From Lama glama (Eukaryota): 64,000 nt of DNA. This document shows positions 1 through 12,891 of this stretch, piece after piece. The notes beneath the pieces are model-generated. The model did no database searches, had not been told where the DNA came from, and was given only the letters and a program-made list of their open reading frames with translations. The translations under genes and the position numbers were made by a program. The stretch spans positions 6,946,001-7,010,000 of the forward strand of contig CM052817.1 of assembly GCA_028534125.1 (NCBI GenBank), given 5' to 3'. The stretch's first letter is position 1, and each line of letters opens with the position of its first letter.

Positions 1-508
1 TAGTGCTCTTTCAAGGGGGACAGCGGGCAGACCCAGGCGGGTAGCTGCCCCGAGTTTCTCTGGCAAGCTGGTTACAATGAATGAGAGGGGTATTTACTGG
101 AGAGGAAGGGCTTTGGGGTACAATTTCCTGAATTTTATCCCAGCTTCATCTTCCCAGGGGAGGAGGGATTTTTGTCCTTTTGTCTTGATTGGGAATTTGG
201 ATGAGGACATAATGAGTGAAATGTTACACCCAGATGCCAGAGATTCCTGCCTTGTCCCACCTTTCTTTGTGTGTCAGTTGTCAACCCAACATGTGTGGTT
301 TCTTATCAGTCTGGAAGTTCCTGTTTTTCCCAAGGATCCTCATTTTTTCACAAGATGTATGTTTTCCTGCCATTTGGCCCATGTCCCCCTTTCTCTGCTC
401 GTGTCTAGCTATCTGCCTGCTCCAACACTTCCTTCACAGGGATTTTTATACGTTACCATGATGAAGTTTCTGGAAAATGACATATATTATTAATTTTACT
501 TCACTGCT

Positions 509-543
509 AAAAAACAAACAAACAAACAAACAAACAAACAAAA
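509..543. repeat. (AAAC)n microsatellite
   Basis: Direct tandem AAAC repeat. Confidence 0.95.
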
Positions 544-575
544 GCTAGTTTGATTTCTAGAGTGATATTGAATAT

Positions 576-1124
576 TATATTAGTTATCTATTTCTATGTT
601 ACAAACTACCCCAAACTCAGCCACTGAAAGCCACCAGTATTTGTTATTTCACAATTTCTACTGATCAGGAATCTGGGAGTGGCTTAGCTGGGTGGTTTCG
701 GCTTAGATCTCATGAGTCCGCAATAAAGGTAACAGGCTTGGCTAAAGTCATCTCAAGCTGTGACTGGAAGAGGTTCTGCTTCTCTGGTAGGTGGCAGGTT
801 TGGAAGATCCTTGCAGCTCACTCAGCTAGTAGGAAGCCTCAGAAGATCTTCTGAGTTGACTCATGTGAGCGTCTCTGCTGAGCTCTCTCATGACAGAGCA
901 ACTGCCTTCTCCCAAAGCAAGCAATCTAAGAGAGAGTGTCCAATATAGAAGCTGTTGTCTTTTACAACCTAACCTTTGAGGTGGGAATCCAACACTTTTG
1001 CCACATACTATTCTTGAGAAATGAGTCACTAAGTCCGGCCCACACTCAAGAGGGGAAGCTCACACAAGGGAGCGAACATCAGGAGACAGGCATCATTGGG
1101 GCTTTCTTGAGGCTTCCCACCACA
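576..1124 (-). mobile_element. MaLR solo LTR (MLT1F/H-like)
   Basis: Reverse-strand MLT1 hallmarks: tattagttatcta...acaaactaccccaaa...caggaatctgggagtggcttagctgggtggtt...ccaccaca. Confidence 0.8.
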
Positions 1125-1164
1125 AGTAGTAAATACATGCTATCAATTCCCGTAACTCTTTATG

Positions 1165-1345
1165 AGAAAAGTCTGGACTTTGAACACAGATCTGGTCACT
1201 AAGTATCTTCCAAGAACTGGGGTCATTTTTTTTTAACTCTTAGAACTTTGATTTTCCTCTGTTATAAAACAGTATAGTCATACAAATCTCACAAGATTGT
1301 TGGGAAAATCAAATGATAATCAAGGTCTATGCTATGAAGTGATGG
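1165..1345 (+). mobile_element. MIR SINE fragment
   Basis: MIR core-like ttttcctctgttataaaac...ctcacaagattgttgggaaaatcaaatgataat. Confidence 0.65.
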
Positions 1346-3029
1346 TAGAGTGCTGCCATCGGCAATCACCAACAAACAGAAGAGAAGACTGCTTCTCGAA
1401 GTCCCTTAAGTGCTTCCAATTTTACACACCAGCATTCTCAGGAGAAGGAGGGCAAAAAGCTATTCTGGCCATTAGATGTTGGCTCCTGAGTTATATAAGC
1501 CTCAAGGGGCTTCATTCTTCATCATTTTCCTTGATCTTGTCTCAATGTCTTCCCTCAATCTCCATCTTATTTAGCTGCTGAGGCATTTCAGGTAGGTCGC
1601 TGATTGGTGGAAAGAGATGCCACACATGCCCATGTACTAATGAATTCCCCACTTTTCAGGCAAGTGTTGAAAACATAGGTGCTAGTGGATTCTCTGTGCA
1701 AGAATTATCTGGAAAAACAACAAAATTTGTCTTATACTGTGCCTTTTTCAGCTCAGAAATTGTACCACCATCCCAGGAGACCTGACAATGTAACTATTTC
1801 TGTTAAGGGAATGTTTACAAGCTCTAAGTCTATAAAAACATATCATCTAGGTGAAGACACTTCAGGAAAATGTGGAAGAAAAATCTAGTTTTTATGTAGC
1901 AATGAAGTAGATTTAACAATAGGTGTCATTTTTCTTGAAGAATCTCTCTGCCTTTAGCTAACTTTCCCCTACTGTTGACAGTACGGTGCTTTGAATTCCT
2001 CTTTATTCTGATATCCCTATCTCCATTTGGCATAATGAACTGATTTCCAAATAGCAGCCTTATACTGAAATACTGCTTTTAAGATCTGTCCTTCTTTTCC
2101 ATCAATTTCAAGGATCGTCATGATGGTCCCAATCTATGCCTTGCCCAACCTTTTGCAAAAATGCCTGGCCCAAGTGCAAAGCACCTATTGTCCTGTCTTA
2201 TCTGGGATAGGAGTCTCTGGGTCTGCATTTTTGGTGACTCTGCAGGGTTAGGGCGAGTTCTCTGCTCTACTATTATACTGATGCAACTGTACCCACAGGC
2301 AGCGACAGCTTAAAGAATTGTGGGTTATACTGTTGGTGTACCTGTCTCCCCAGAATCCAAGTCTTTCTGCTTCAAAGTTTGTGCGAATCCGTCTCTAGAT
2401 CCACCAAGCTGGGCATTTAAGAAATGCTCAATTGATGTTTCATTGAATTGAAATATGTATTGACTAAAACATGGCACAAGAATAAAAGAAGTACGCTGAG
2501 CATTATGAAATAAGGAAGACCATTGTAGGAGCCATATGTGAAATACATAAAGGTACCTGTGGGGGCCAAACAAAAATAATGACCACCCACCTGCCAACAA
2601 TGCTGAGTGTGTGCAAATCAATTAAATAATGTGGGAATGAGTGATTCTAAAACTTAAAAATCACTATTATTACTTTTTGTGAATGCCAACATTCCCAGTG
2701 GCCCTTAACTAACACTTCTCAGTATATGCATTGACAACTGCTATTGAGTCATGTTAAAAAGCTACATTGATTTCATTTAATTGTTTCTCACTAATCTTTA
2801 CAAATATTTGTAAGCATATTATAATGCTTCTTTATTCTTCTGGTAGAGTATTAGACAGAGTGTGTACTCAGGATAACAGTCTGTCTTCAAGAAACACTGA
2901 CATTAAGAAAGGGCCACAATTTTATCTTTACCTACTGAAGCATTTACTACCATTCTTTAACACTACTACTACTGCTATGGAGAAAGAGGAGGAAGAGAGA
3001 CAGCAAAATCAGTGGAAGCAAGAAATGAC

Positions 3030-3250
3030 TTGCATATATTGAGTGCTGGGTTAAGCAGTTTATATGGATGGACTCACAGTTACCTTATTATGAAGACACT
3101 GGTTTTATTTCCCATTTGCATTGGTGGTTAGCAAGTTGAATTTAGCACCTTAGCAAGTGTAAATAGCTTGACCAAGGTCAGGGATGTTATAAGGATATCA
3201 GAGTTTGATTCCATGCTTTCTGAATCTTAGAGTCTGGATGCAGATTATGA
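3030..3250 (-). mobile_element. MIR SINE fragment
   Basis: ttttatttcccatttgca...cttgaccaaggtca...tttgattcca. Confidence 0.6.
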
Positions 3251-3989
3251 TCACTTTACAGTTTACTCTTAGTTTCACTGTGTGGCTGTGGAAATGGAAG
3301 CCTAACAAAATAACCCCGGTTCAAAAGGGCTGGGAGGCAGAAGAGGCAGACAGACGTGGTTCCCTGGGACTCCCGAGATCCAGCCTCTTCCCTGTAAAGT
3401 GACAGCTCGTCTTCTGCCAGGGCTGTCTGCTTTCATTTCACCAGCGACCTGGCCATAGGTTTAGTGCTGACTACCCCTCTCCACCCCCTGGTGTCTCTAC
3501 ACTTTAAATGACCACAAAACAAAACAAACAAACAAAAAAGAGTTCGATTTGGAGCAGTAGAAGTGTAGGCTTTGGAATAAAAATTTGCTTCAAATTTTGT
3601 CTAAACCACTTAGTAGCTTTGCGACCTTGAACAAACTATTTACATCTTCTGTGTTTCCACTCACTCCGTTCCTCCAACCACATTTATCTGGTGCCAACTC
3701 TGCACCAGGATCTTTCTAGACCCCAGACTGCTGGCAGTAAACAAAGCTAGGCCCGGCCCTCAGGAACATATAAGTAACTTTAAAGATACATTGAAAACAT
3801 AAAAAAGGTATAGTAATGATAAAGCAGGGCAGAGAGTAAGCGAGGGGAGGGATGCTGCTGAAGAAGATGCAACTTAAAAACAAGGTGGATGTAAAGACTG
3901 GTAATCCAGATTTTATCATTTCACCTTGGGTTGAAATGCAGTGCCAATGAACCATGGACCGTTCACTTTCTGGGTCTGTTTCCAGATTT

Positions 3990-4315
3990 GGAAGCCACTC
4001 TCTAGAGTGGTGAGCTTAGGTCTTTCTGGAAAGATGACAGTCGGGAGTCTTAAAGAAGAGAAACTGTGAATCATAGGCTTATAGTAGTGGGAAGAGGAGG
4101 GCAGGGCATGCAGGAGAAACAGTAAATGCGCAGTCACAAGAGTTTTTGCAAAAACGGTATGAGGTCCCATTGCTGGGTAGCGGGGGGCTGGCGAGCGGTG
4201 AGAGGAGTGGGGCATGAGGTCGGGCAGGTGAGCAGGCCCCAGTTGGTCATGGTTAGACCTCAAGGTTTTAGCCTTGCATGATGGGAAGCCACCTAATGGT
4301 TTTGAATAGGGGAAT
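3990..4315 (-). mobile_element. L2 fragment
   Basis: Purine-rich antisense L2 motifs (gggaagccac...tggttttgaatagggga). Confidence 0.55.
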
Positions 4316-4952
4316 TGCCATCAAACAGAATCCTACGGGGGCTTCTCATGACGGCCCCTCCTCCCAAGTCCTTTACCTGACACATATTTATAGAAAAGCT
4401 GTAGGTCCCCCAGGCCTCCCGTGGGTCACAAAAACCCGGCTCAAGAATTAATGATTGAAAGGATGAGAACATGTAGTAACAAAAACAGCAGTTGCGCCAG
4501 GAGAACTGGTAAGAATTTAAACAGTAAGTCAGCCATTTGGCAGCACAGAATCTTTAGTTCCTTCCTGAAGTACCTAGATAACAGTATCTGACATTCATTT
4601 CCTGAGTTGTTCTGTGGATGCTAAAACCCCCACCAAATGGAAGACATTAACTTCTTGATGACCATGAGCAGGTAGCCCCCAGGTCCACTGGAGCCTGAGG
4701 ATTGATAATGTTAACCCCTGTGACACACCCTGTTACCTCATCATCAACCAATCAGAAAACTGAACATGAGCTGATTGCACTCTCCTCCCTCACCTTCCCC
4801 TTTAAAACTCTTCCCTAAGAACCTTTGGGGACTTCAAGTCTTTAGTCCTCATCACTTGGCCCTGCAATAAGCATTTTTCTGCTCCAAACTCCAACATTTT
4901 GGTTTGTTTCGCCTCACTGTGCATCAGACACACGAACTTGGGTTCAATGACA
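4316..4952 (+). mobile_element. ERV1-type solo LTR
   Basis: TG...CA termini, TATA-like tttaaaa near 4801, polyA-like caataag near 4865; 3' part similar to the LTR at ~61250-61672. Confidence 0.75.
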
Positions 4953-5809
4953 GTGCTGCATTCTTATTTCTTTTTTGAAGTGGGACCCTTTACTTGGGGT
5001 TGATTGTTACTTAATGTGCGAGCTGCATGCAGCCATCATTTGAGATAAACAATGACAAACGCAGGCGACCCCATTCCTGACACAAAGCACATTTCCACAA
5101 ATATTCATCCTGGCCTGACTCCTTCTCTTATTTAATGCTTAGGCTTAGGTTTCTGCAGACAAGACGCAGCATTCTTAGAGGCAGACTCTCAGTGATGCTG
5201 TTTCCTTGGGAAGGACTCCACTCTTCTTTGTTCATCAGCTGCCAACTGGGCCTGGGACAGAAAAAGGGATCTTTAAAACACTGGCTCTTGTGAAGTCCCT
5301 GGGGAGGCTGTCAAATTCGCAGTCAGGGTAAGAACTAAAGTTGAAGGGGGATTTGATCCAAGTGGGAGACAGATAATGAGAGGATTAACTCAGGTCAAGA
5401 GAAGAAAAAAGGAGAGAGAAAAAGAGATGAAGTGGATGCATATTGGAATAACAAGTGACTGGACATCACCTCTCCTGTGGCAGGTGGCAGGGCCAGCTGA
5501 CAGGGCACACTGCAGCAAGCCAGAGGTCTTCCCAGAACCTCACATCTCTCAGCGGCCGGCAGAGAGGGTACCGATGCTCAGCACAGAGAGGTCGGCTCAG
5601 TCCTCCTGCAAACAGCTGATGAATGGCAAAACTTGCTTTCAGAACTGATGAAAGTGCCCTCAAGGGAGCTGATGGCTTATACAATTGCTTCCAAAAGGAA
5701 ATTCTTTCACTCCAATGATTGCAAACTGGATCAAACTGAATGCCACGAGCACGCTGCATTTTCAAAAGTAATTGTGCTCAGGTAAGGATGTTGCTCAGAC
5801 TGAGGTTTG

Positions 5810-6590
5810 CAAATTCATTAAGTCTTCCATTTATTCTTTGAGAACCTTTTATGAACCAAGGACTCCTTTAAGGGCTGGGGACCAAAGATTGATCAAAATC
5901 CATGCTTTCTTAGAATGGAATTTATATACTTTGGGAGTAAAAGGGGAGACAATAAACAGAAAATATTCTACACATAAAATACGTCAGATGGTAATAAATG
6001 CTGGGGAAAACATAAAGGAGGTTAAGAGGGTTACCATGTTTGATGGGTAAATGGAGAGGATATGAGGAGGGTTCTGAGAGGTGACAACGGACCCAGGCAG
6101 GGAGGGGGTTAACCAGTGCCATCTGGGGGGAAGCACTTCCCGGCAGAGGGGAGGACAGGAAAGGCCCGCACCTCTAACGTGGATGCGCCAAGGAGGGAAG
6201 GCTAGTTGAGGTCACAAGGAGGAGGCCATGAGCCATGCAGGCCAGGGAGGCCACTGGAAGGCATTTGGTCTTTATGTAAGTGGTGACATGGGAATCCAGG
6301 GAGGACTGTGAGCAGAGAAGTGACATGGTGCGATCTGACCCGACTGTGAAGGGCCGTTCTGGCTTCTGTGCTGAGAACAGTCTACAGAGAATTCAGGACA
6401 GAAATAGCAAGACCCACTACAGTGATCCTGTGATGACAAAGACGCGGACCCAGGAGTTCTGCTGGAGGCAGTCAAAAGGGGGGAGGTTAGGGGCTTATTT
6501 TAAATTTAGAGCCAAAAAACAGGGTGATCTCTTAGGTTTGGTATATAAGAAAAAACAAGGAGTCACTTGCTGAGATTAGAGGGACTTTGA
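5810..6590 (-). mobile_element. L2 3' region
   Basis: Antisense L2 tail (ttcatt...catttatt...) with cagatggtaataaatgct and gagcagagaagtgacatg motifs. Confidence 0.7.
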
Positions 6591-6593
6591 AAG

Positions 6594-7049
6594 TGTGGAT
6601 GAAGAATGTCACCAGCCATATCAGTAAACAAAAGATGCTGCATTCATCAAGCCAGCAGCCACTGTGGCCTCCCCACAATGGGGCACTCTGAGGGGATTCA
6701 GGATGGAGAAAAACAGAATGCTGGTCCTAGATAGTTAGGGTGCAGATCAAAGGAATGATTTCCATGAGCCCAGACTCTTGAATCTTTCCCTACACACAGA
6801 AGTGCTAAATTCATTAACTTGAGATGTCTGGTTTTTTTCTTACAACAACGATCTCTTCATTTTGACTACCTGTTTGTTTGTTTGCGAAAAGTCATACATT
6901 CTGGCTTCTCTCTTGCCTCCACCTCTCCAGAGCAGTTCCTCGGCGCTACCTAGGAGGCTGCCTCCTGGGCTTCAGTCCCCAGCAAGCCCACCAAATAAAA
7001 CATAATTCTCAGTTCTTAGATTGTTGTGCATTTTGTTTTTCAGTTGACA
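6594..7049 (+). mobile_element. ERV1-type solo LTR with 4-bp TSD AAAG
   Basis: TGTGGAT...TTGACA termini, AATAAA near 6994, AAAG on both flanks; same family as 14382-14878 in opposite orientation. Confidence 0.85.
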
Positions 7050-7619
7050 AAAGCAAGCTGGGGTGCTGGGGTTGAGGGGAGGTCGGGGTTCCTTTTGGGG
7101 TTTATTGCATCAACACCTCTATTAGACAACAGAATAGAGGCCTCCAGAAGGCCAAGTGTCGCTCAGCTGAGCTTCCTTCCCTCCTGCTGACTCTGGCACG
7201 TACGTAGGGGTCGGTAAGGGTGCCGTGGGGTACCGGATGCAGAAGACACATCTAGAAAGACTTGGCTGATTAGCAGTGCCGACCATGGCTGCAGCAGACG
7301 AGAATATGTGAAGTCCACACCCCTAGGTTAGGTATCGGTGAGTCTTTTCCACACTTTTTTCTATAGATTAGGTGACTCATGTAGGAAAAATTTTATATTT
7401 AAATTTGAACTCTGGAGGCTCTACCTCAGACTGTCTTTCCCAACAAGCTTCAGGACCTCCCATAGCTGGGCTTAAAGGGATGGATCCAGGCTGGAAGATG
7501 GCTGCAGAGAGCACCTCTGAATCTCATCCCGGTGTGCCGCCCTCCCCCACACAGCACTGGGACCCGCACCATCCGCAGTGAGCCCTTGCCCGGGAAGGAA
7601 GCTATGATTAGAACAGATT

Positions 7620-9420
7620 ATCTGCTTTCTCTTGGTAAAGAATCAGCACTAACCCCATCAAGCCCATATCGTTACCTCCTAGTCACCTCTCATCACTCGC
7701 TCTCCCCCAAGGCTGTGTACAGCTCCTGCTCAGATTCAGCATTTCCTAAATTCTCCACAAGCTCATAAACTCTGAAAGCCATGGCCTCTCACTAACAAGT
7801 CTGAAGGAAACTTTCTAATCATCACATCGCCAAATTTACCCATTTATTTATATCTCCACCTGCACAGCCTTGTCCCTGCCTATTCCTACCTCCTTTCCTA
7901 TTGCAATAAATTCACTGCCCTCCCGCCTATGGAAGACCAGATCCTGGACTGATGCCTTGAATGGTACAAGCAGTTACTTACTCGGTTAAGCAATGACTTG
8001 CCCTGCTGCGAGCAGCCCTCTTGCTCTTGCAACTTCAGGTTTTCTTTGTTGAATTGTGTCTAATACCCACTGTAGAATATTACAAAATATTCTGCCCCAG
8101 CCGCCTCCATCCCCTGTCCCTCTAACCCCCTCCCAGCTCCTCTAGTTCGCTTACAGAAAGCTATCAGAACACGGGGCTCCTCTCACTGCCTGCCCATCCT
8201 CACCTACCACTTTTCCTTGAGTGCATCTTTATCAGCTGTTTCTCTCCTCCATACCACTGAAACTGCTTTGGTCAAGGTTACAAGTGACCTCAACACAGCT
8301 GGCCCAGTTTCGGGCCTCTTAACAGGCGACCTGTTTGCCGTGAGCAGAACTGAACCCTTCCCCGGATTTAAAACATTTTACTCATTTAACTTCTCCAAAT
8401 TTTCCCGTATTTCACCAGCTGGACTTCCTCAGTCATCTGTGTTGGGTTTTCTATTTCTTATAGACACCTTACTCTTACGAAAATTAAATAAGACAATGTC
8501 TCTAAACTACTTAATAAATGCACAACACTGTCAGTATTTCTCTTATCCCGTTCCCCCACCCCCTACGTGTGAGACAGAGTGTGAGCGTGTGTAAACGTGT
8601 CTGAGAGTATGTGCGTGGGTGTGTGAGCGTGCGTGTGTTGGTTTTGTGTTGTTTTTTTTTTATCTTTCACTGTACTTGATTTATTTAAAAACACCCTAGT
8701 GAGCACTTTTGCAGTAGCTTGGAGCTTATGTTTTGAGACAGTTCTCTCTCTCACCTCATTTCCTAGCTGCTCTCATTGAGTTTCATGGCTTTTCCTGAAG
8801 CATCTGTATGCCAAACATCCACAAATTAAATTTCAACCCAGCCTCCTTTACCTGAGCTCAACATTTACTACATCATTAGCATGTCCAAGAAATATCTCAC
8901 AGTGACTATATCCAAAAGAGAAGCCTCAATAAAACCCTTCACACAGTATCTTTTTCATCCCAGTAAGTGGCGTCACCATTGAATCACCTTCCCAGGTCAA
9001 AAACCTAGTAGTCATCTTCAAATTCCTTCTTTTTCTTCGAAATCTTTATGCCAACATCACAGTTTCATGTTACCTGCACCTCCCTAACATAGACTGCACC
9101 CAAACATTTCTTACTATTTCCGCTGCCACAGCTGTGATTTCTGCTGTGGGCTGTTACAACGTTCTCCTCACTGGTCTCTCCACTTCCATTCTTGGCCTCC
9201 TGGACCCTTATAACTCTTTTTACCCTTGTCTGTTGTGCTTAAAACAAACAAGCAAACAAACAAACAAACAACAAAAACTAGAATGTAAGCTCCTTTGATG
9301 AAGGGGACTTAGCGGTTTTGTTTACCAGTATGCACCCTGTGCCGTGAGCTATAAACCCTGGCACGTAGTGGTTATGCAGCACACACCCTTGAATAGATGC
9401 GCCGTGAGTGAATGAACGCA
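7620..9420 (+). mobile_element. Decayed L2 LINE including RT remnant and 3' end
   Basis: ORF 8217-8594 contains HTTETALVKVTSDL and GLPQSSVLG, matching L2/CR1 RT motifs HSTETAL and GVPQGSVLG; 3' tail ctagaatgtaagctcc...gagtgaatgaa. Confidence 0.8.
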
Positions 9421-9473
9421 TGTGCTATGAAAATTTACCTGACGTATAAAAATGTGCATACAGGAAAAACGGG

Positions 9474-10048
9474 TGTGGAACGTGAGGAGTCGCAGGCTTC
9501 GGTTGGACCCCTGGGACGTGCCCCACCAAGTGTGGGTTCTTGGCTTTGCGCAGGAAAGAACTCAAGAGCGAGCCACAGTTAGGTAAAGGCAGATTTATTC
9601 AGAGAGATACATTGAAAGGCAAGAGGAAGGCCACAAGGTGTGGGGGTTGGGTGCTCAGATTAAAAGTAGGTACACGCTCCATAGACAGAATGCGGGCCTC
9701 CAAACCGGGGTAGGGGGGAGGCCGTGAGGGGCAGTGTTGCCTGTTTTTATGGGCTTTGGTAGCTTCATATACAAATAAGTGGAAGGACCAGTCTAACTAG
9801 CCTGGGGAAGGGGCTGGGATTCCCAGGAAGTTGGCCTTTTCCCACTCTTTGAACTTTTGTGGCCAGCCTTGGGATTGTCATGGCGCCTGTGGGCATGTTA
9901 TTCGCCATGCTAATATATTACAGTGGGCGTATAATGAAGCTCAAGATCTACTAGAAGTCAAATTTCCCACCATCTTGAGCCTCAAGGCCTTTTGATGTTA
10001 ATTGCTGTCATTCCTTGAATGACTGTGCCCTGCCCCCTTCCTGTCTCA
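9474..10048 (-). mobile_element. ERV solo LTR, relatively young (CpG retained)
   Basis: tttatt (minus-strand AATAAA) near 9594, terminus ...cctgtctca, LTR-like composition; exact left end uncertain. Confidence 0.7.
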
Positions 10049-10049
10049 C

Positions 10050-10190
10050 AACCGCAAATTTAACAACTTGAACTGACATCGACTTCGTAATTCACAGTTC
10101 TGCATGTCAGAAGTCTGATGCAGGTCTCAGTCAGGCTAAAATCAAGGTGTAGCAGAGCCATGGTCTTTTCTGGAATTTCTAGGGGACTAG
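10050..10190 (-). mobile_element. MLT1 (MaLR) LTR fragment
   Basis: tcacagttctgcatgtcagaagtctg...ggctaaaatcaaggtgt...tctagggga. Confidence 0.7.
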
Positions 10191-10453
10191 AGTAAGTTAC
10201 AAGGGGAAAAGACACCCCGAGTTGAGGTTCGATCACCAAGGAGCCACGAGGTTTGCTAAGCTGCTTGGTAACCACAGGAATTGGAGAAAATGAGAAAGCA
10301 GAGAAGACATGATGGCTTGATCGCCCATGTTTTCTGAGATGGAAGGAAATTGGGCTTTGCCAGTGCTCAAGGCAGGTGCGTGGGTGATGCGACGGTGCTG
10401 GAGAACCCCTGCAGGCTGGGGGAAAACAGGCAGTCAGTTTAACCAGGGACCAC

Positions 10454-11452
10454 TGGTAAAAATACTCTCCTTGGCCACAGTTTATTCAGGCTCTTCTGAG
10501 TTCTTTTTCACCTGTGTCTTGGTTTTGGGGCTTTGGGGCTCTGTTCATCTCAAAATTGCCCAATCCAAGATTCCTGCCAAGTCACTTTAGTAGAATTCCC
10601 CACCCTCAATATCTGATCACTTTCCATGTGGATGTGGAATCAGATTCCTCATCGTCCACTATCCCCCAGGTGGTGTGCGATCCCCCGGTCTGCCTTCAGT
10701 ACGAATCTTATTAGATCATTTCAGTAATGTGAAATCAAATTCATGTTTTATGGCAAGACAAGAAACATTTAAACATAAGAACTTCTTCTCTGCCTTTGGC
10801 CCCTCTCCCTGCGCTGTGCACGGTGTATCCGCGTTATGCACCCACCAAACCTCGCCCACCTGCAGACATACCTGCTGAACCGTAAAGAGCAGCATCCTCC
10901 CAGCATCAGCAGACGGCTCCTTAAAGTTAACGTCCCTCCTGAGCTTGCAAGGGGCCACGTGACCCGCAAAGCTCACACGTAGATCTGGATTACATAAACT
11001 GTCAATAATACAGCATTTGCTGTACAGCCCTCTACCTCAAAACACTTAGACAGCTGCGCCTTGATTTCTACCTGGTGGGACAGCTCTCAGAGCTTTCTCA
11101 GGTGCTCTTCCTGGGTTATAATCCTCAAATTTGGCTCAGATAAAATTGTCCATTTTTTTCTCAGATCGACTGATTATTTTTCGTCAACAGTAAGAATCCC
11201 CTCTTATCCCTGTTGTTTCCTCTTAGTAATTTTTCCTCCACTGACTCCCACCCTGCTTGCTCCTTGGCTATAAATATCCACTTCCCCGTATTGCGTTTGG
11301 AATAATGCAGTAACATCTGGATTTGCACCCAACCTCTGTCCCCCTTTGCAAAGCCCCATTGCAGCTGTCCCTACAACTACCACGGTGACCTCCCTCGAAT
11401 GAAGGAGGCTTCAGCATTTTTAGCACGTAATGAATACTTTTCTTCTTTGACA
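10454..11452 (+). mobile_element. MER31/MER67-like ERV1 LTR interrupted by a younger LTR
   Basis: Start tggtaaaaatactctccttggccacagttttattcaggctc; end ctataaat...ccccattgcag...tctttgaca; flanks CCAC/TCAC. Confidence 0.75.
10728..11189 (+). mobile_element. Nested ERV1 solo LTR with TSD GTAA
   Basis: TGTGAA...TCAACA; GTAA at 10724-10727 and 11190-11193. Confidence 0.85.
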
Positions 11453-11767
11453 TCACAGGTATCTAGTAAGAAAGATTGTGCTTAAAACTCTCACCAACGC
11501 GGCTCCCGCTCATCTCCATTGGATCCACAGGTGATAAGCTGAAGGTGCCTGAGACCATCAGAAAGGAGACAGAGAGCTCAGCGCATCCACCGTGTGACCG
11601 AGCTGTGAGGGGGACCTCTTGCTCCCTCTCAGGCCTGGAGCAGAGAGAGAGGGGGGCTGACAGAGTGGGTGGTGCCCCCATCTCTATTCCAGGCTGTAGG
11701 AACTTCAAGTCAAGCCTTCACTGGAAACAAGAGAGCTTACCTTGATTAGCCTTGACTGAGAAATTAA

Positions 11768-11799
11768 ATCTATCATCTATCTATCTATCTATCTATCTA
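11768..11799. repeat. (TCTA)n microsatellite
   Basis: Tandem TCTA. Confidence 0.9.
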
Positions 11800-12572
11800 A
11801 TTAATTATAATAGCGTTTAGTCTCCTTAATTCAACTAATTAAAATAGGAAAGGAAGGAAGGGAAACAGGAAGGGCAAAGGTGCAGGAATAAGAGTAGAGT
11901 CACGGGGCTTTAGAAAGTCAGATTGGAACCAGTTTACGGAGGATCCAGCCACACCAGTTTAAAGGTGTGCTTTTGATCCTGCTGGCTACAGAACTGCAGA
12001 TGGAAATAATCGGTGGCATGACTTTAGAAAGGAGCAGACAACTGCCACGAGATCTGGACTTGTCTTTGGAGTTCTAATATTATTTAACTAGAAATGGGAG
12101 CCAAATAACTTTATGATGTTTACAGTGTCTCGGTTGTAAAAGAAGGACCATTGTTACTATTTTAAAAAGGCATTATTAATAGTCTCCATGTAAGTTGCTG
12201 GATGAGTATGAAAGTAAAGGATGAATGCAAAACAGTGTGAGGGGTTACACGGGCAGGTGATGGAAGCCAGAGACACACTGGGGGGGGGGGGCGGGGTCTG
12301 TGTGTTGCAGTATCATTTGGAGGAAATAAGCCCCTACTTCACCTGGAATGATAGCAAGGGAAGGAAGGGCGCCGATGAAAGGACTTCGATGACTGTAGAT
12401 GGGAGCGACTTGGAGATCTAAGTTCTGGGTGCTTTTTTGCATGACAATAGACATAAAACAACCATACTTGCCCGCGGAGAGCCTCTTTACTCTCACTCCT
12501 CCAGCCAGCTTGCCTGTTGTTAGAGAGACCACTGAATTATATCAAAGAAAACTTCACACGTTCTCAAACAGC

Positions 12573-12607
12573 CTATTTTTAGGCAGCATGAATAACTACT
12601 GCAGATG
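12573..12607. promoter_or_regulatory. MEF2 site plus E-box in unique sequence
   Basis: CTATTTTTAG (12573-12582) is a perfect MEF2 consensus; CAGATG at 12602-12607. Confidence 0.35.
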
Positions 12608-12669
12608 GCTGTTTAAATCTGTGTTGGCTTTGTGTCTACTGTACGTTCATTGTTTAGAGACCCATTTTG

Positions 12670-12754
12670 TTAGATTTCACAGGGAAGTACAACGTTGCAA
12701 TCGTCATCGTATTTAGCACTGATCTCTTCCGTAAGCTTCTTTGAAAACTTCCAC
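12670..12754 (-). other. Candidate exon (unidentified; possibly non-coding)
   Basis: Acceptor ...gttaaccgtctctag|G; one frame reads WKFSKKLTEEISAKYDDDCNVVLPCEI*; locally CpG-retaining; no homologue recognised. Confidence 0.2.
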
Positions 12755-12865
12755 CTAGAGACGGTTAACAGAGATGCTGATGTGAGATTTTAAATAAGCT
12801 ATGTTGGCGGTGGGACGGGAGAGCTCCTTGCATAAGAAGACAGCTTTAACTTCCGATGGCTGCTC

Positions 12866-12891
12866 TGTGTGTGTGTGTGTGCGCGCGCGCA
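12866..12891. repeat. (TG)n(CG)n alternating purine-pyrimidine tract
   Basis: tgtgtgtgtgtgtgtgcgcgcgcgca. Confidence 0.9.

Noticed and set aside
77..493. 138-aa ORF
   Set aside because: Composition typical of non-coding DNA; no family recognised
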